Made by a program: the position numbers and the translations under genes. From Cyanophora paradoxa CCMP329 (lineage: Eukaryota; Plantae; Glaucophyta), in NCBI GenBank assembly GCA_004431415.1, contig QPMI01000640.1, positions 128,816 to 192,815 of the forward strand: DNA of 64,000 bases, in the 5' to 3' direction. The notes beneath the pieces were generated by a model, which was given only the letters and a program-made list of their open reading frames with translations, did not search any database and had not been told where the DNA came from. Positions 21,701-34,226 of the stretch are shown here, in pieces (positions within the stretch are counted from its first letter, which is position 1; each line of letters begins with the position of its first letter).

Positions 21701-24189
21701 CTTCCTTCAAAGCCTCCGCACCCGCTCCAGCCCCGGCCCCGGCCCCGCCGGCGCACCAGCCCATCATCGCCGCCAAGCTCGGGATCCAGGTTCGAGTCCA
21801 GCCGGAGCCCCATTATGCGAGCGCCGGGGTGAGCCTGGGGTACAGGTGCGGACCATCGCGGACCTTCTCGCGGAGGACCCGACCCCGATGCCCTTGGCCT
21901 CTGCCGGGGTACGGGAACCTCACTCGCGCGGCCTCGATTTCGTTTCGTTTCGTTGAATTCGGCTCTGCGGCCCCGCAGAGCGAGACGAGCAGCGGGGTGC
22001 CCACCCCGCGCCGCAGCTCCGACGGCGGCGAGATCTCCTCGGTGAGCGTACCCCCTCTTCCTCCTCCCACCACGACTGAGGGGTCCCGTCCATTCTCCAG
22101 CCCGAGCCCGTGCCCGTCGTGAGGGCTTCAGTCACGGGGCAGCGCGTCTTCTCTGCGGCCGACCTGATGGTTCGTGAGGCGCCGTACCCCCCGGATCCCG
22201 CAGAAACCGAGCTCAATCCCGTACCCCCCAGCGCCAGTCCGTTTCCGCTTCGGAAGTCTCGGCCTCGCAGGAGCTCGCAAACTCGGCCTCCAGCATCCCA
22301 GAGGTTCCTCTCTCCCTTCTTGTCTTTGTACCCCCCAGCGATGTGACCGCGTACCCACAGATCGCGGACTCGATCGGGTCGCCCCTGGGGCGCAGCGGGC
22401 GCCGCGTGTTTGACTCGATCGAGGAGGTCCCGGTTCGGATCATCCCGTCATAAACCACTCCACGCTCACCCCGCGGGGCCGCCAGGAGGAGGAGGAGGAA
22501 GAGGACGGGGGAGGGGTCGACGAGAGTGCCGGCGAGGTGCGTGCGAGGCGGGCACCCCTCGGCGGGACACGTGCAGAGCGTCGCCGGCGGCCATCCCGCA
22601 CTGCCACCGAGGCCTCGCCGCTCGCACAGATCCCGGACGAGGACGAGGAAGAGGAGGAGCGGGGTGGGGCGGGGCACGACGCCTCCGTCGTCGGCACCGA
22701 GCCCGTGCGCCCGCCCCCGGCCCCGCCCCTATTCCCCCTCTTGCCTGCTCCTCCCCTCCCTCTCTGCCTCCTCTCCACAGAGATCGCCCTGCTAGAGATC
22801 CATCCTTTCCCAAACGACCCGTGTCCCTCCCTACGATGGAGAACGCTCGCCAGCCGCTCGACTTCGGGGCGGGGCCGCGCTGAGGCGGGCGGGGGTGCGC
22901 AGGTGAGCGACGGGGAGGAGGGGGAGGGCGGGGGTGGCCCCCGCGCCGACCGCGACGACGCCGGCACCGTGCGCCCCCCCGCCGCGACCCGTCCCGCCAG
23001 AAACCTTCCCGAACGCAACACTCCACGTCCATCTCTAGAGGGAGGGGGGGGAGAAGGGGGGGTAGGGGAATGGGTGTGGGGGAGGAGAGGGGGGGGGTGC
23101 TTCTAGGGGGTCTAGGGGAAGGGTGCGGGGCGGTGTGGAGGGGCGTGGGGGCGGGGCGTGCGGGGCTGGTCGAGCGGCTCCGGCAGGAGTACACGGAGGA
23201 CTTCGAGGCCCTCTCCGTCGCCGACACCAGCGCCCTCCTCAGCCCCAAGGCCCCGCCCCACACCCCCCGGCCCCTCCCTCTCCTCCCTCCCGCTCAAGAC
23301 GGGCGCAGGGCCAGCGCACGCCCTCCGCCCTCCGAACCGGCGTGCGGGTGCGCCGGGGCCCTACGAGCGCAAGCGAACGGCGCGCCTCTTTTAAGCAGGC
23401 GTGTACCCCCGCAGGAATCGGCGGGGTCGCTGCGGGAGTCGGTCGGGGAGCGGCGCCGGAGCGTTGCGTTCCGCGAGACGCCGTCGCGCCGCGGTCCGCC
23501 GGGCGCATTCGGAGCGCCTCCCCGGGGGCTGAGGCCGGCGCGTGCCCCCCGCAGGCCACACGCACGACGCGGAGGTGCAGGCGGGCGGCCCCCTGCGGCC
23601 CCTCGTCGGCAACTGGACCTCCGCCCTTCCCTTCGACTACACGCGTACCCCCTCCCCCTACCCCCGCGCCCGCACGCGGCTGAGCGCGGGAGGGGCAGTG
23701 CCGGAGGTCCCCGCCGAAGATGTGTTCGAGGTGCGTGCGGCGGGGCTGGCGGGGCGATCGGGCCGAGCTCAGTCGGCTCCGCTCAGGTCAACCAGTGGGC
23801 CACGATGGAGTTCTTCAAGCGGCAGCTCGACCTCCTCTGCATTCGGGTACGAGAGTCCCGCCCCGTCGCTCTCCCCGCCCCTCCCACACCCGACCCGCGC
23901 GCTCCCCAGATCAAGACGGACGCGTTTGCGGCCGACCTGCACGCCGGCGCCCTCGCGGGGAGCGGCTGGGGGTACTACGGCGGGGGTTACCGCTACACGA
24001 CCCTCGAGGAGACGAAGCAGGCGCGCCCGCGTACCCCCCTCCCGGCGCCACCGCGGGCCACGCGAGGGCGCAAGGAACCGGGGGTGCGTGGCGCAGTACA
24101 TCGCGGCGAACCGGCCGAAGGCGGTCTCCTTCGAGGAGGCCCTCGAGGCCGTCAAGCGGGAGGAGGCCCTCGGCATTCGCATCTCCTAG
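18786..24189 (+). CDS. Large disordered protein with DPYA repeats and a C-terminal DUF4614 (C19orf44-like) domain
   Basis: ATG at 18786, poly-Q, about 13 DPY[AG] motifs. C-terminal FFKRQLDL...LH...YRYTTLEETKQYIAANRPKAVSFEEALEAVK resembles the C19orf44/DUF4614 C-terminus as I recall it. Confidence 0.7.
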
Positions 24190-25088
24190 CTCGTCTCCTG
24201 GCGCCCCCCTTCCCCTCCCACCTCCCCCCCTTCCCTCTTCCAACCGGGCGTCGCCTGCACTCGAATCCGCAAGCCCCGCCAGCAGAGGTCGATCGCGGCT
24301 GCGGGCGTCAATCTCGCGCGCCGGCCCGGGCGCAGAGGGTGAATTTCGCGCAAGTCTTGGAACTCGAGCTGCAGCTGCAGCTGGCGCCGGCGGCGGAATT
24401 TCGCAGCGAGATATCGATGTTGCCCGGGCTTGCCCCGCCGCGGCCCCCCGGGCCCGCGAAGCTCGAATTAAGTGCGAACGTGTACGTAACGCTCCGCAAG
24501 CTTACCCCGGCCCGATTAAGTCGTTCGAATTCGCGTACCCTCTGCATGCTCCGCGGCGAGTCCGCGCCCTGCTGCTTCGGGAAAAGACGCGAATCCCGTC
24601 CACGCATTTCCCGAATGCACTGCGGCAGCCGGGCGCCCGCCGCCTGGGAGCAGCATGCCGCAGTACGCACGCGCGCGGCTCTACGTACGCCACAGCAGCA
24701 GCAGCTTCCGAAGTTCGAATTCCCGTTCGACGTCCTGTCGATCAGGCACCTGCAGCTAGCGCTATAGCTAACGCTGGCGGAGCGAGCTCTAGATCTTAAG
24801 CTTGCGTCAGATAGTTCAGAGGCACGCGCGCGTTGACTTTACTGCGGCACGCTCTTAAGCTTGAGTCGTTCGAACAATCGCCGCAGAGGGCGAGGCCAGC
24901 TGCAGCTGCAGCAGCTGCAGGCGCGGGCCATTGCAATTGCAGGCATGCAATTGCAATCGCAATCGCAACTGCAACTGCACCTAATATAGCTGGGCTTCAT
25001 GGCTTCAGCAGCATACGCCAGTTTTAGTTGCAACTCCGCCTCGTTGGGCCCGCTCAGCGGATGCATATGCATGCGCAGCGTCGTCGTC

Positions 25089-28000
25089 ATGCGTTCGGCG
25101 ACCGAGGCTCTTGAGCCTCCAGCCGCTCGCGCATGCGCAATCGTGCGCGAACGAGCGCATCCCTTGGCCTTGAGCTCGGTCGGGGCGCCGGCGAGGCCGC
25201 GGCCGGTGTCTGCGTCAGTTGCATGCGCAGCCGCGGAGCGCCGGCCAGGACAATTCCGGTGGCAGCAGCCGCAGTGCCGAGGTCGGCGCCTCTGTTCGCT
25301 CCCGCAGCTTCGGTTGCAGCTGCGGCTGGTCGCGCTGGTGGCGCTGGCGCTCTGGGGCGGCAGCGCGCCGGCGGCGCTGGGGCAGGCGGCGGCGCCCTCG
25401 TGCTCGAAGCCCCTGTGCAGGACCGGCGTGGGCCCGGCCTCCCGCTGGTCTCCCCCCGGTGCGCCTCCTTGCCTCGCCTCTTCGCGCGGCGCCCCTCACA
25501 GCCCCTATCTGATCCTGGTATCGGCGCAGCGAGCACTTTCCGGCGCGTCTCCGCGGCGTCTCCCCCCTCGGCTCCGCTTCCGCCGCTCACGGTGCGCGGA
25601 CCCCGCGTACACGGACACGGCCGAGGCGCGCGGCTCGCTGATCACGAGTCGCGGCGGCGGCGGCGGCGGCGGCGGCAGAACGCGAGCCGCCTGCTGCAGA
25701 CGGGCGTGGCGTACGCGGGGAGCGCCGTCACCTCGGCCTTCATCGCCGGCTGGATGCAGTTCCTCGCCCTCGTGAGCCCCTTCGGCGCCTTCCTTAAAAG
25801 CTTGGGCCCTCCTAAGCTGAAGCTACCTTTCAGCCAAGTAGTAAATCTAACGTTTAAGCTAATTATAAAGATGAATTCATTAGTACGCTTCAATGTAGCC
25901 GTAGCTAAACCAGGAAAGCTGAAGCTGAACGGGCCAGGACATCGCGGAGTGGGCGACGAACGCGACGGACGACCCGCTGGTGTACGCCTACGAGGCGTGC
26001 GACGCGGCGGGCCGCTGCTCGCTGCGCAACGGGAGCATCCCCGCGCCGCTGACCGCGGGCGGGGCGCTCGTGAATGGCGCGACGAACCGCATCGACGGGG
26101 GGCCCGTCTACGGGGCCACCCCCGCGCGAGCGGCCGCCGTGCGGGCCTTCTCCGGCGGTTCGCCCCGCCTGCTTCTCCCCGCGTTCCTCTCCGACGCTCC
26201 CCCCGCAGGCCTTCTCAAGGAGGAGGGCTCGGCGGGGCCCCCGCCCAACGAGCTGGGCCTCCCGATGGGGGGCCCCCCCGAGCGCGCCCGCCGGCAGCGC
26301 CTGACCGGGAGCCCCGAGGGCAACGCCAGCCCCGCCCTCCTCGGCGTCATCAGGTGAGGCTGGAGGGCAGCCTGTGAACAGCCATCCTGCGCTCTAGCGA
26401 TCGCACGCGCTCGAGCTGCGCCCTCGAGCCTGCCCCTCGAGCGGCGGCCGGGGCGGCGCGCTGGGTGCCGCCTGACGCGGGGGCGGGGGCAGCACGCTGG
26501 TGCGGGAGCACAACCGGGTGGCGCGGGCGCTGCTGGCGGAGAACCCGGCGTGGGACGACGAGGCGCTCTTCCAGGAGGCGCGCGTCCGCGTCGTCGCCGT
26601 CATCCAGGTGCCCCGCACCGCCCCGCGCGCTCGAGGGCCCGCCCTCCGTGCCGGCGCCTGCTCGACAGCGCGCGTGACGCCGGCTGCTGCGGCGGGGCGC
26701 GCGCGGCGCAGCGGGTGACGGTGCTGGAGGTCCTCCCCGTCGTCCTCGGTGCGCCCCCTCGAAGCATCCACGGCAGGCCGCCGCCGCCCCGCCGGCATCC
26801 GAAGCCGCCGCGTCCCGCAGGGGCCCCGCTGACGACGTACAAGTACAACGCCTCCGGCGAGGCCCGCGTCCCGCTCGAGGTGCCCGCGCTCCGCGCCTCG
26901 AGGTTGAAGGGTAGGGGGCCCCCGCCCCGCCTAGAAGACCCGCCTCGTGCATGCGCAACGCGTCGCCCCCTCAGCGTCCGCCACTCACCCTGGGGTCTGA
27001 ATCCTCATCTCAGTTCGCGGCGGCCGCGGCGCTCGTGCACCGGACGCTCCTCCCGCGCGTGCGCCCCGGCCCCCGGGCGCCAGCTGGCAACCGCGCAGCT
27101 CTCAGAGGCCTCGATGGGGGCAATCTGAGCGCCGCTCGGCCCCTCGCAGGCGTACGCGCGCGTGGACGCGAGCGGCGCCGTCGCCGCCGAGGGGCCCCTC
27201 TCCGCGTACGACGCGTACTACACCGCCGCCTTCCTCGAGGTGCCCCTACCCCCCCTCTTCGCTCCTCCGCGGGGCCCTCTGAGGGGCGGGGCGGGGCGCA
27301 GGGGAGCGCGGAGGGGATGCCGGGGCTCGTCCGCGGGCTCGCCTCGACGTACTCCTCCAGGGCCGACCTCCACTACGCCGACTTGTGCGCCTTCAACTCT
27401 ACGATTCTGTAGTGGTTCCATAGGACCACTTGCCCCGCCCCTGACCGGGAGGGGCGCAGCCTGCGGGCGGGGCTGTGGCCGCTGCCGGACGCGGGGACGG
27501 AGGACTTGGCGCGGGGGCGGCTCGCGGGCCTGCCGCGCTACGGGCAGGCGCGGGCGGGCTTCGGGCTGCCCGTCCCCTCCTCGTGGGACAAGGTCGCCTC
27601 GGGGGCCGCCCTCCTGGAGGCCCTCCAGGTGCCCGCGCCCGAGCCCCCCGCCCGCCCCTCCCCATCCCCGGCTCAGCGGCCCCGCGCGGGGGGGCCGCAG
27701 GCGGCGTACCCCTCCCCGGCCGACGCCGACCTCCTCGTCGGCCTCCTCGCCGAGAAGGTCCGCCCGAGGCCCTCGAGCTCTTCTAGAGCACGCGCCTCTC
27801 TAAGATCTGGCTTTGAGACACGAAGCTGCTAGAGCTGCAGCTCGTCTCTGATCATGAGGGCGGGGCGCGCAGGAGCAGGCGGGGGGCGTGGTGGGCCCCC
27901 TCGCCGCCGCGATCATCCTCGAAACCATCAAGACCGTCCGCGACACCGACCCCTACTGGTCCCCCCAAGCCCCACCCGCCTTCCTCTCGTACCCCCCTTG

Positions 28001-31000
28001 CCTCAGCCGGCGGCGGCGCGCGCGCAGGTTCGACACGCTGGCGGCGCCGGTGCAGAACGAGGTGCGGGCGCGGCGCTTCACGGACACGGTCGAGTCGGCC
28101 TGGGCGCCCTTCATCAAGAGCCTCCCCCGCTCCGTGCGCGACCGATCGCTCTCCGCCGCGCGACGCCCGCTGCGCATGCTCCGGCGCGAGGCCAGCGCTG
28201 TGGCCGACGGGCGGGCAGGTCTTCATCGCGACGCCGCCGCCGTGGCAGCAGAACGACTTCTCGCAGGACCTCTCCGCCCTCGCCAACGCCACTTCGCCCG
28301 CCCCGGGCAACGCGACGTCGCCGGCGTCGAACGCGACGGCCTCCGCGTCGGCGACGAACGCGACGGCGGCCTCGCACGTGTACGCGGCGTCGGCCCGCCT
28401 GAACGACGTCCTCAGCATCCGCTGGTCCATGCTCGTCGCGACCCGCGAGATCGAGGTCGCCGTGACCTGCGCCTGCGACGGCTGGGTCGGCATGGGCTTC
28501 GGCTCCTCCATGGCGGACGCCGACGTCGTCTGGATGCGCCACAACGCCTCGGGCTCGCCCCTCGCCGTCGACGCCAAGGCCATCGGCTTCCGCGGCCCCG
28601 CCACCGGTGCCTCGCCCCGACGCTCGCGGCCGCGCTTCGGGTGCAGCTGACCCGGCCGCGCGGGGCGCAGACGGGCGGCAGGACGTGACGCTGGTGGAGG
28701 CCTCGCGCTCGCCGGGCACGCAGACCTTCCGCTGGAGGCGCGCCTGGAGCACGGGCGACGCGGCGCAGGACAAGCCCATCGAGCCCGGCCGCCAGCGTGA
28801 GCGCCGCTGATTCGCGATCTATTCGCGGCTTCGCCCCCTCGGCCTGATCCTCCTCCGAAATGTGCAGCTCTCATCTTCGCGTGGCGGGCGAGCGGGACGG
28901 AGGTGCGATCTTTCGTTTGATACGCTCTATCGCATTGAATCAATCGTGGACACGTCGCCGAGAGAATGCTAAGGGCGATCCCGCAGTTTTCCATCCACCG
29001 CCCCATGGACGTCCTGCGCGGCTCCATCGATTTCTTCGCGGCGGCGGGCCTCAGCGCCGCCGTGGCCTACGGGACTGGCACCTCCAGCTCCGCATCCTCA
29101 GATCCCGGCGCGGGGGCGATCGCGACCCCAGCGGACCCGGGCTCGAGCTTCACTGTCTCCGAGGGCCGCGACTACGGCAACGCCTACACCGGTGCGAGAG
29201 GCAGTCGCCCGCGCGTTCGGCGAGCCCTAGGCCTGACGCCGGTCGGATTCGCGATCGCGATCGCGGGGCAGTGCACGCGGTGGCGATGGCGATCACGTGG
29301 GCGGTGATCGTCCCTGCGAGCATCTTCATCGTGCGGCACCTCAAGCACATCCCAATCTGGCTCAACCTCCACCGCGGGTTCGTCGAATCTGCCGCGCACC
29401 CTTGAGCTGCAGCTTGAGCTTGCCTCGAACCAAACGTCGACGCGCTCGAATTATTGACACCGAGCGTCACAGGATGATGCAGCTGGCGCTGACCATCACC
29501 GTTCCCGCCGCCTCTGCCGCGTTTGCCTCCCGGGCGACAGGCGCCGAGGCGAAATCTCACGGGTGCCGCCCCTTTGGAAACGCTCTATTGCGCGCGCTGG
29601 ATCGTTGAAGCACGCGGCGGGCAGGCTGCTGGGTCTGGCGCTCGCCATCGATTCCGCCCTGCAGCTCGCGTTGGGCATGCTCGTCAAGTGCGCCGTTCAT
29701 TGCGCAGCGTTGTTGAATTACACGGCGTTTAATCTGCCCGGCTCCTTGGCGCGTGCGCGCAGGCACTTCCACATGTCGCGCAAGCCGCAGCGCTGGGCGC
29801 ACGCCGTCCGCACCCTCCACCGCGCCAACGGATGGCTAGTCTGCCTCGGGGCCCTCGCGAACGTGGGCCTGGGGCAGCAGCTGATGATGCCCGTCGCCCG
29901 GAACGCCTTCATCCTCTGGCTCGCCGTCCTCGTCACCGTCTTCGCGCTCGGCGAGGCGATCTCCTTCTACAACTGGCGCCGCGTCGAGGTCATCTTCGAC
30001 TCGATCAACGTCAAGAAGGTCGCGGTGCGCCAGGCCGGCGCAGAACCCAACAGAATGTCGCTGAACACGCAACGCGGATCCGGATGGACAGCACATCACG
30101 CCGTCAGAGTTCGAGCGGGCGATCCGCCTCGGGTCTCAGTGGGTGCTGGTCGGGGACCGGTGCGCCCGCAACGTTCCTCGACGCGCCCCCGCGTGTCTAA
30201 CGCGACGCGCTCCCGCGCGGGGGCGGGCAGCGTCTTTGACCTCGCCCCGATCATGTCCTCGCACCCCGGAGGTGCCCCTCGCACTCCGGCCCGCTCGCCT
30301 CTGGAGCTCGAGCGCCCGTCCGACGGGCGCCCCTCGGCCTTGCAATTGCGCAGGGACGGCGCTCCTGCACTCGGTCATCGGGCAGGACGTGAGCGCCTTC
30401 CTCTACGGCAGCGGCGGGCGCATGGCGTTCGGGGGCTACCGGGCGCACCACCACAGCGTCTTCGCCCACCGCATGCTCCAGGACGTCCGCCCCACCCTTC
30501 ACCCGTGCAGCGCGCCCCCTCCGGCTTCGTCTGAAGGATGCGGGGCAGCTGTGCGTGGCGGTGCTGCACCCCGAGGGGGACAGGGACGACGAGGCGGCGG
30601 TGGCGGAGGTGCAGACGTGGACGGTCGTGGAGCGGACCGTCGTCTGCCCCAGCAACCGGCCCATCTACCGCGTCCGCTTCGCCTGCGACGTGACCCCCTT
30701 CTACCAGTGCGCCCTCGGGGTCGTCGAGGGGGCCGTCGGCTCATGCTCTTCCCAGGGACGACCTCCGCTACCTGGGGCAGCACTTCGAGGTCACGGCGAA
30801 CATCAACGGGCGCGACGTGCACCGCCACTACTCCCTTGTCCGCATCGCGCACGCCGGCGGGGCGCGGGCGGCGCCGACGCGGGCGCGGCGCTACTCGGTG
30901 GATCCCGACGGGGAGCTGGACTACAGCGCGACGCACGACCTGTGGCTGCGGCGCTACCCGACGGGCGCCATGTCGCGCTACCTGCTCGACGCCCCCATGG

Positions 31001-32871
31001 GCTCCTCCATCCGGTGCCCGCCCCGGCGCCGCCCCGCCCGCGCCCCCCCGAGAGAGGCCGCCAGCGAGCGCGCCCCTCCGAACTCGCAGCGTGCGGGGGC
31101 CCCTGGGGCTCGGCCTCCGCCTGGGGCACGACACGGAGGGCGACCTCGTCGCGGTGCGCCCCGCCCCGGCCGGCGCCCCTGCAGCGAGGCGGGGGGGCGA
31201 GGCGGGGCGGCTGACTGCGGCCTCGTGCAGGTGGTGGCGGGGACGGGGATCCTGCCCCTCCTCGACCTCGTCGCCCACATCCGCAGGACCGAGGACGAGC
31301 ACGCCGCCCAGGTCCCCCCGCCCCGACCCCCACCCCTCCCCTCCATACCCCCGCTGCCCCGCCCCATGACGCGCTTGGGGGCGGCGGGGCAGCTGGCGAG
31401 CCCGGTGCTGGGGCCGCGGCAGGGCCCGGAGCCGGCGGCCCTGCGCCTCCCCGCGACGGAGGTCTCGGACACCGACCGCGAGGCGGCCGCCCGGGCGCGC
31501 GCCCGCCTCCGCCGCTGAACGCGGCGCCGGCGTACGAGCCGCTGGGGCCGGGGCCGCCGCCGGGCGCCTCGGGGTCCGAGGGGGACGCCGAGCGCCGGGG
31601 CTCCCTCCGCAGCGGCGGACAGCGGGCGATCAGCTTCGGGGCGAGCGCGTCGCGGAGCTTCAAGGGGAGCGCGAGCAGCAAGAGCTTCCGCAAGAGCTTC
31701 AAGAGCCGCCTGGAGCCCTCGGGGAGCCTCCTCGGCCGCACCGCCCTCGTCGTACCCGTGGAGGGCGCCCCCGGCCCCTCCCCCTCCCGCCCCTCATCCC
31801 CCCCTACACGCACGCCACGCCGCCTCCGCCCGTCCCCGCATCCATGGTGCGCAGTCTTCTAGCCGCTTGAGCGCAAGCCTCGCTGGAGCGCCCGGCTCCT
31901 TCCCCCTCCCCCTGACGCCTCGGGGGGGGGCGTGGCAGTCGTCGGGGATGGGGATCGGGAGCTTCCTCAACATCAGCATGCCCCTCCTCTCCCCCTCCCT
32001 CAGGGGCCCCGACTTCCAGCTGCCCCTGCCCCGCGACGGCTCCCCCATGCACCAGGAGCTGCGGGGCGGGAGCTTCACGGGGCGCCCGCAGTCCTCGGGC
32101 GCCCTCGGCGGCCCCGGCAGCGCCACCGTCCGCCGCCGCCGGGGCCCCCGCTCCGCCGCCGCCCGCGGCCTCGCCGCCCCAAGGGCCCCACCGCCCGCCC
32201 AACATGCGCCTCCGCCTCAAGGTCCCCCCCCCCCCCCCACCCCCCACCCACCCCACCCCACCCCGGGTGTGACGGGGGCGGCAGCTGGTGGGGTGCTTCG
32301 AGAGGGCGGAGGACATCCCCGAGCTGCCGTGGCTCGAGGAGTGCGCCGCCGCCTGCCCCGCCCTCGACCTCTTCCTCTTCGTCGCCAAGCCCCCTCCCAG
32401 GCCCGCCCCCGCCCGCCCCCGCCCCGCCCCCCTGCCCCCCGCTTCCCGCCTCTTCCCGCACCGCCGGCTCCACGTCACTAGGCGCTTCCGTCGACTCCAG
32501 CGTTACTGGCCCCGCCGCCCCAAGACGTCGGCTGTGCTGCGTGCGGGGCGAGCTGAGCGGGGCGGGTGGGGCGCAGGCGTGGCTCTCGCAGGGGCCGGGG
32601 CGGCGCTCGGGGCGGGTGGACGCCGCCTTCCTCCGCGACGCCGTCCTCGCCAAGGCCAAGGCCCTCCGCGCGCCGCGCCCCGCCCCCCCGCCCCCCGCCC
32701 AGAGCCAGAGCCCCGCACCGGGGCCCGCCCCTCTAGATTCTCTGCCGGCTGCTGGAGGTGACGTGGCGCGCAGGCTTCTTCTACATCTGCGGGCCCCCGG
32801 TCTTCGCGCACACCATCCGCGCCGCCGCCACCGAGATCGGCGTCGAGCCCAGCGCCCTCGTCTCCCTCTGA
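25089..32871 (+). CDS. Multidomain membrane oxidoreductase: peroxidase-like + DOMON + cytochrome b561 + cytochrome b5 + FAD/NAD(P)H reductase
   Basis: Peroxidase: [63 protein letters not shown]: [16 protein letters not shown]. b561: four His (VHAVAM, NLHR, SHG, LHRANG). b5: HPGG..HS. Reductase: RHYS, GAMS, RGPLG, AGTGILP, YICGP. Stop at 32869-32871. Start codon approximate. Confidence 0.88.
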
Positions 32872-33577
32872 CCCCCATCCACCTCCGCCCCGCCCCGCCC
32901 CGCCCCGCCCCGCCGCCGCCCCTTTCACCGGCTCATTGAGTCGCACACGGCCCGTAGCTTTCGCCGTCCGACGGTCGTTTTAGGGCTCCGAGGGTCGAGC
33001 CTCGGAGATCGAGTTGCCTGTGTGCTTCTATCCGCCGTCGTGAGAGGTCGTCCTGTACATTAATATATATTAGGCACTTGGGCTTGTTCGGATTCCTTAG
33101 CAATAGATTTGATTTCTGCACGTGGCAGTCGGCTGTTCACTTCTGCTTTTCATAGCATTAAGAGCCGCCTCCCTCTTTCATTGCAAACCTTGATCTTAAG
33201 CGCATCTTTGCTAACTTAGTTAGCCTGGCATTGTACGCGCATTGCTTTGAATCTCGTATTCCACGGTGTTCTCTTCAGCCCCGCAACTTAGTAAATTGAG
33301 GCCGCAAGTCCCTTGTTTTGTATAGATGCGTTACGTGCTCATATTCGAGTATAGCGACCAGATACAGTTATATATATATGATCAGAAGGCCTTCTTTATT
33401 TAATTTCGCCTCAAATGTTTTCATGATCAGCTTCAATTTCCTCGATTCTTCCCTTTCACTGCTCTGATGAGCCTCGGAGCGCGTTAACTCGATCTCTGCG
33501 GGGGCGGCAATCGAAATACGTGCCCGTGGTTCTATCTGCGTGTCAGAGTCCCTTCCAGATCTCTATTCTTCTTGATT

Positions 33578-33616
33578 AATTGATTGATTGCAATTGATTG
33601 ATTGATTGATTGATTG
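33578..33616. repeat. (ATTG)n microsatellite
   Basis: aattgattgattgcaattgattgattgattgattgattg. Confidence 0.75.
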
Positions 33617-34226
33617 TGGTATTCTTCCCGGGTCCATCGATATCATGGTCATCATGGCATGACGTCGACATCGCACAGTGACATAACGTTCTCGCTGCCA
33701 GGAGACTTCCGGCTTGAAATGCATATGTGGCCCGTACTAGTGGGGAGTCGTTGAGGACGTTGAGGACCGTCGGACGTCGACGTCGGCCGGCCGGGTCGCC
33801 CCGCGGCCGCGGCCCGACGGCATGCGCATGCTTCAAAAAATTTACAGTTTCACGAAATCGAATTCGAACTGAGACCCGTCTACATCGAGCGGGGGTCGGG
33901 CCGCCGCCGCGCCGGCCCGCCGCGAGTCGCCGCGCTAGAGCCCTATAGCTAGCTAGTCCTAAGCATTATCACCCCCCCCCCCCCCCCCCCCTCCCCCCTC
34001 CTCCCGGCAGCAGGGCCGCGGCCTAGGCCTGCAGTTTTGCTTTGATTGAACTCGGAATACGTAATGCGAAGGCAGATACTGGCCGTGGAAAGCTTCGAGC
34101 AGCTCCGAGGCTCAAGAGCTCTCTGGGTGACACACTGACACGAGACGCCGAGCGGCCCAAGCGGCCGGGTACAGGGCCAGCCGCAGTTAACATCTGAGCG
34201 AGGCAGGGCGCGCGCGGGGCGCTGCG

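Noticed and set aside
33000-33570. AT-richer stretch with short coiled-coil-like minus-strand fragments
   Set aside because: Multiple stops and no recognisable domain or termini; cannot support a gene or transposon call.
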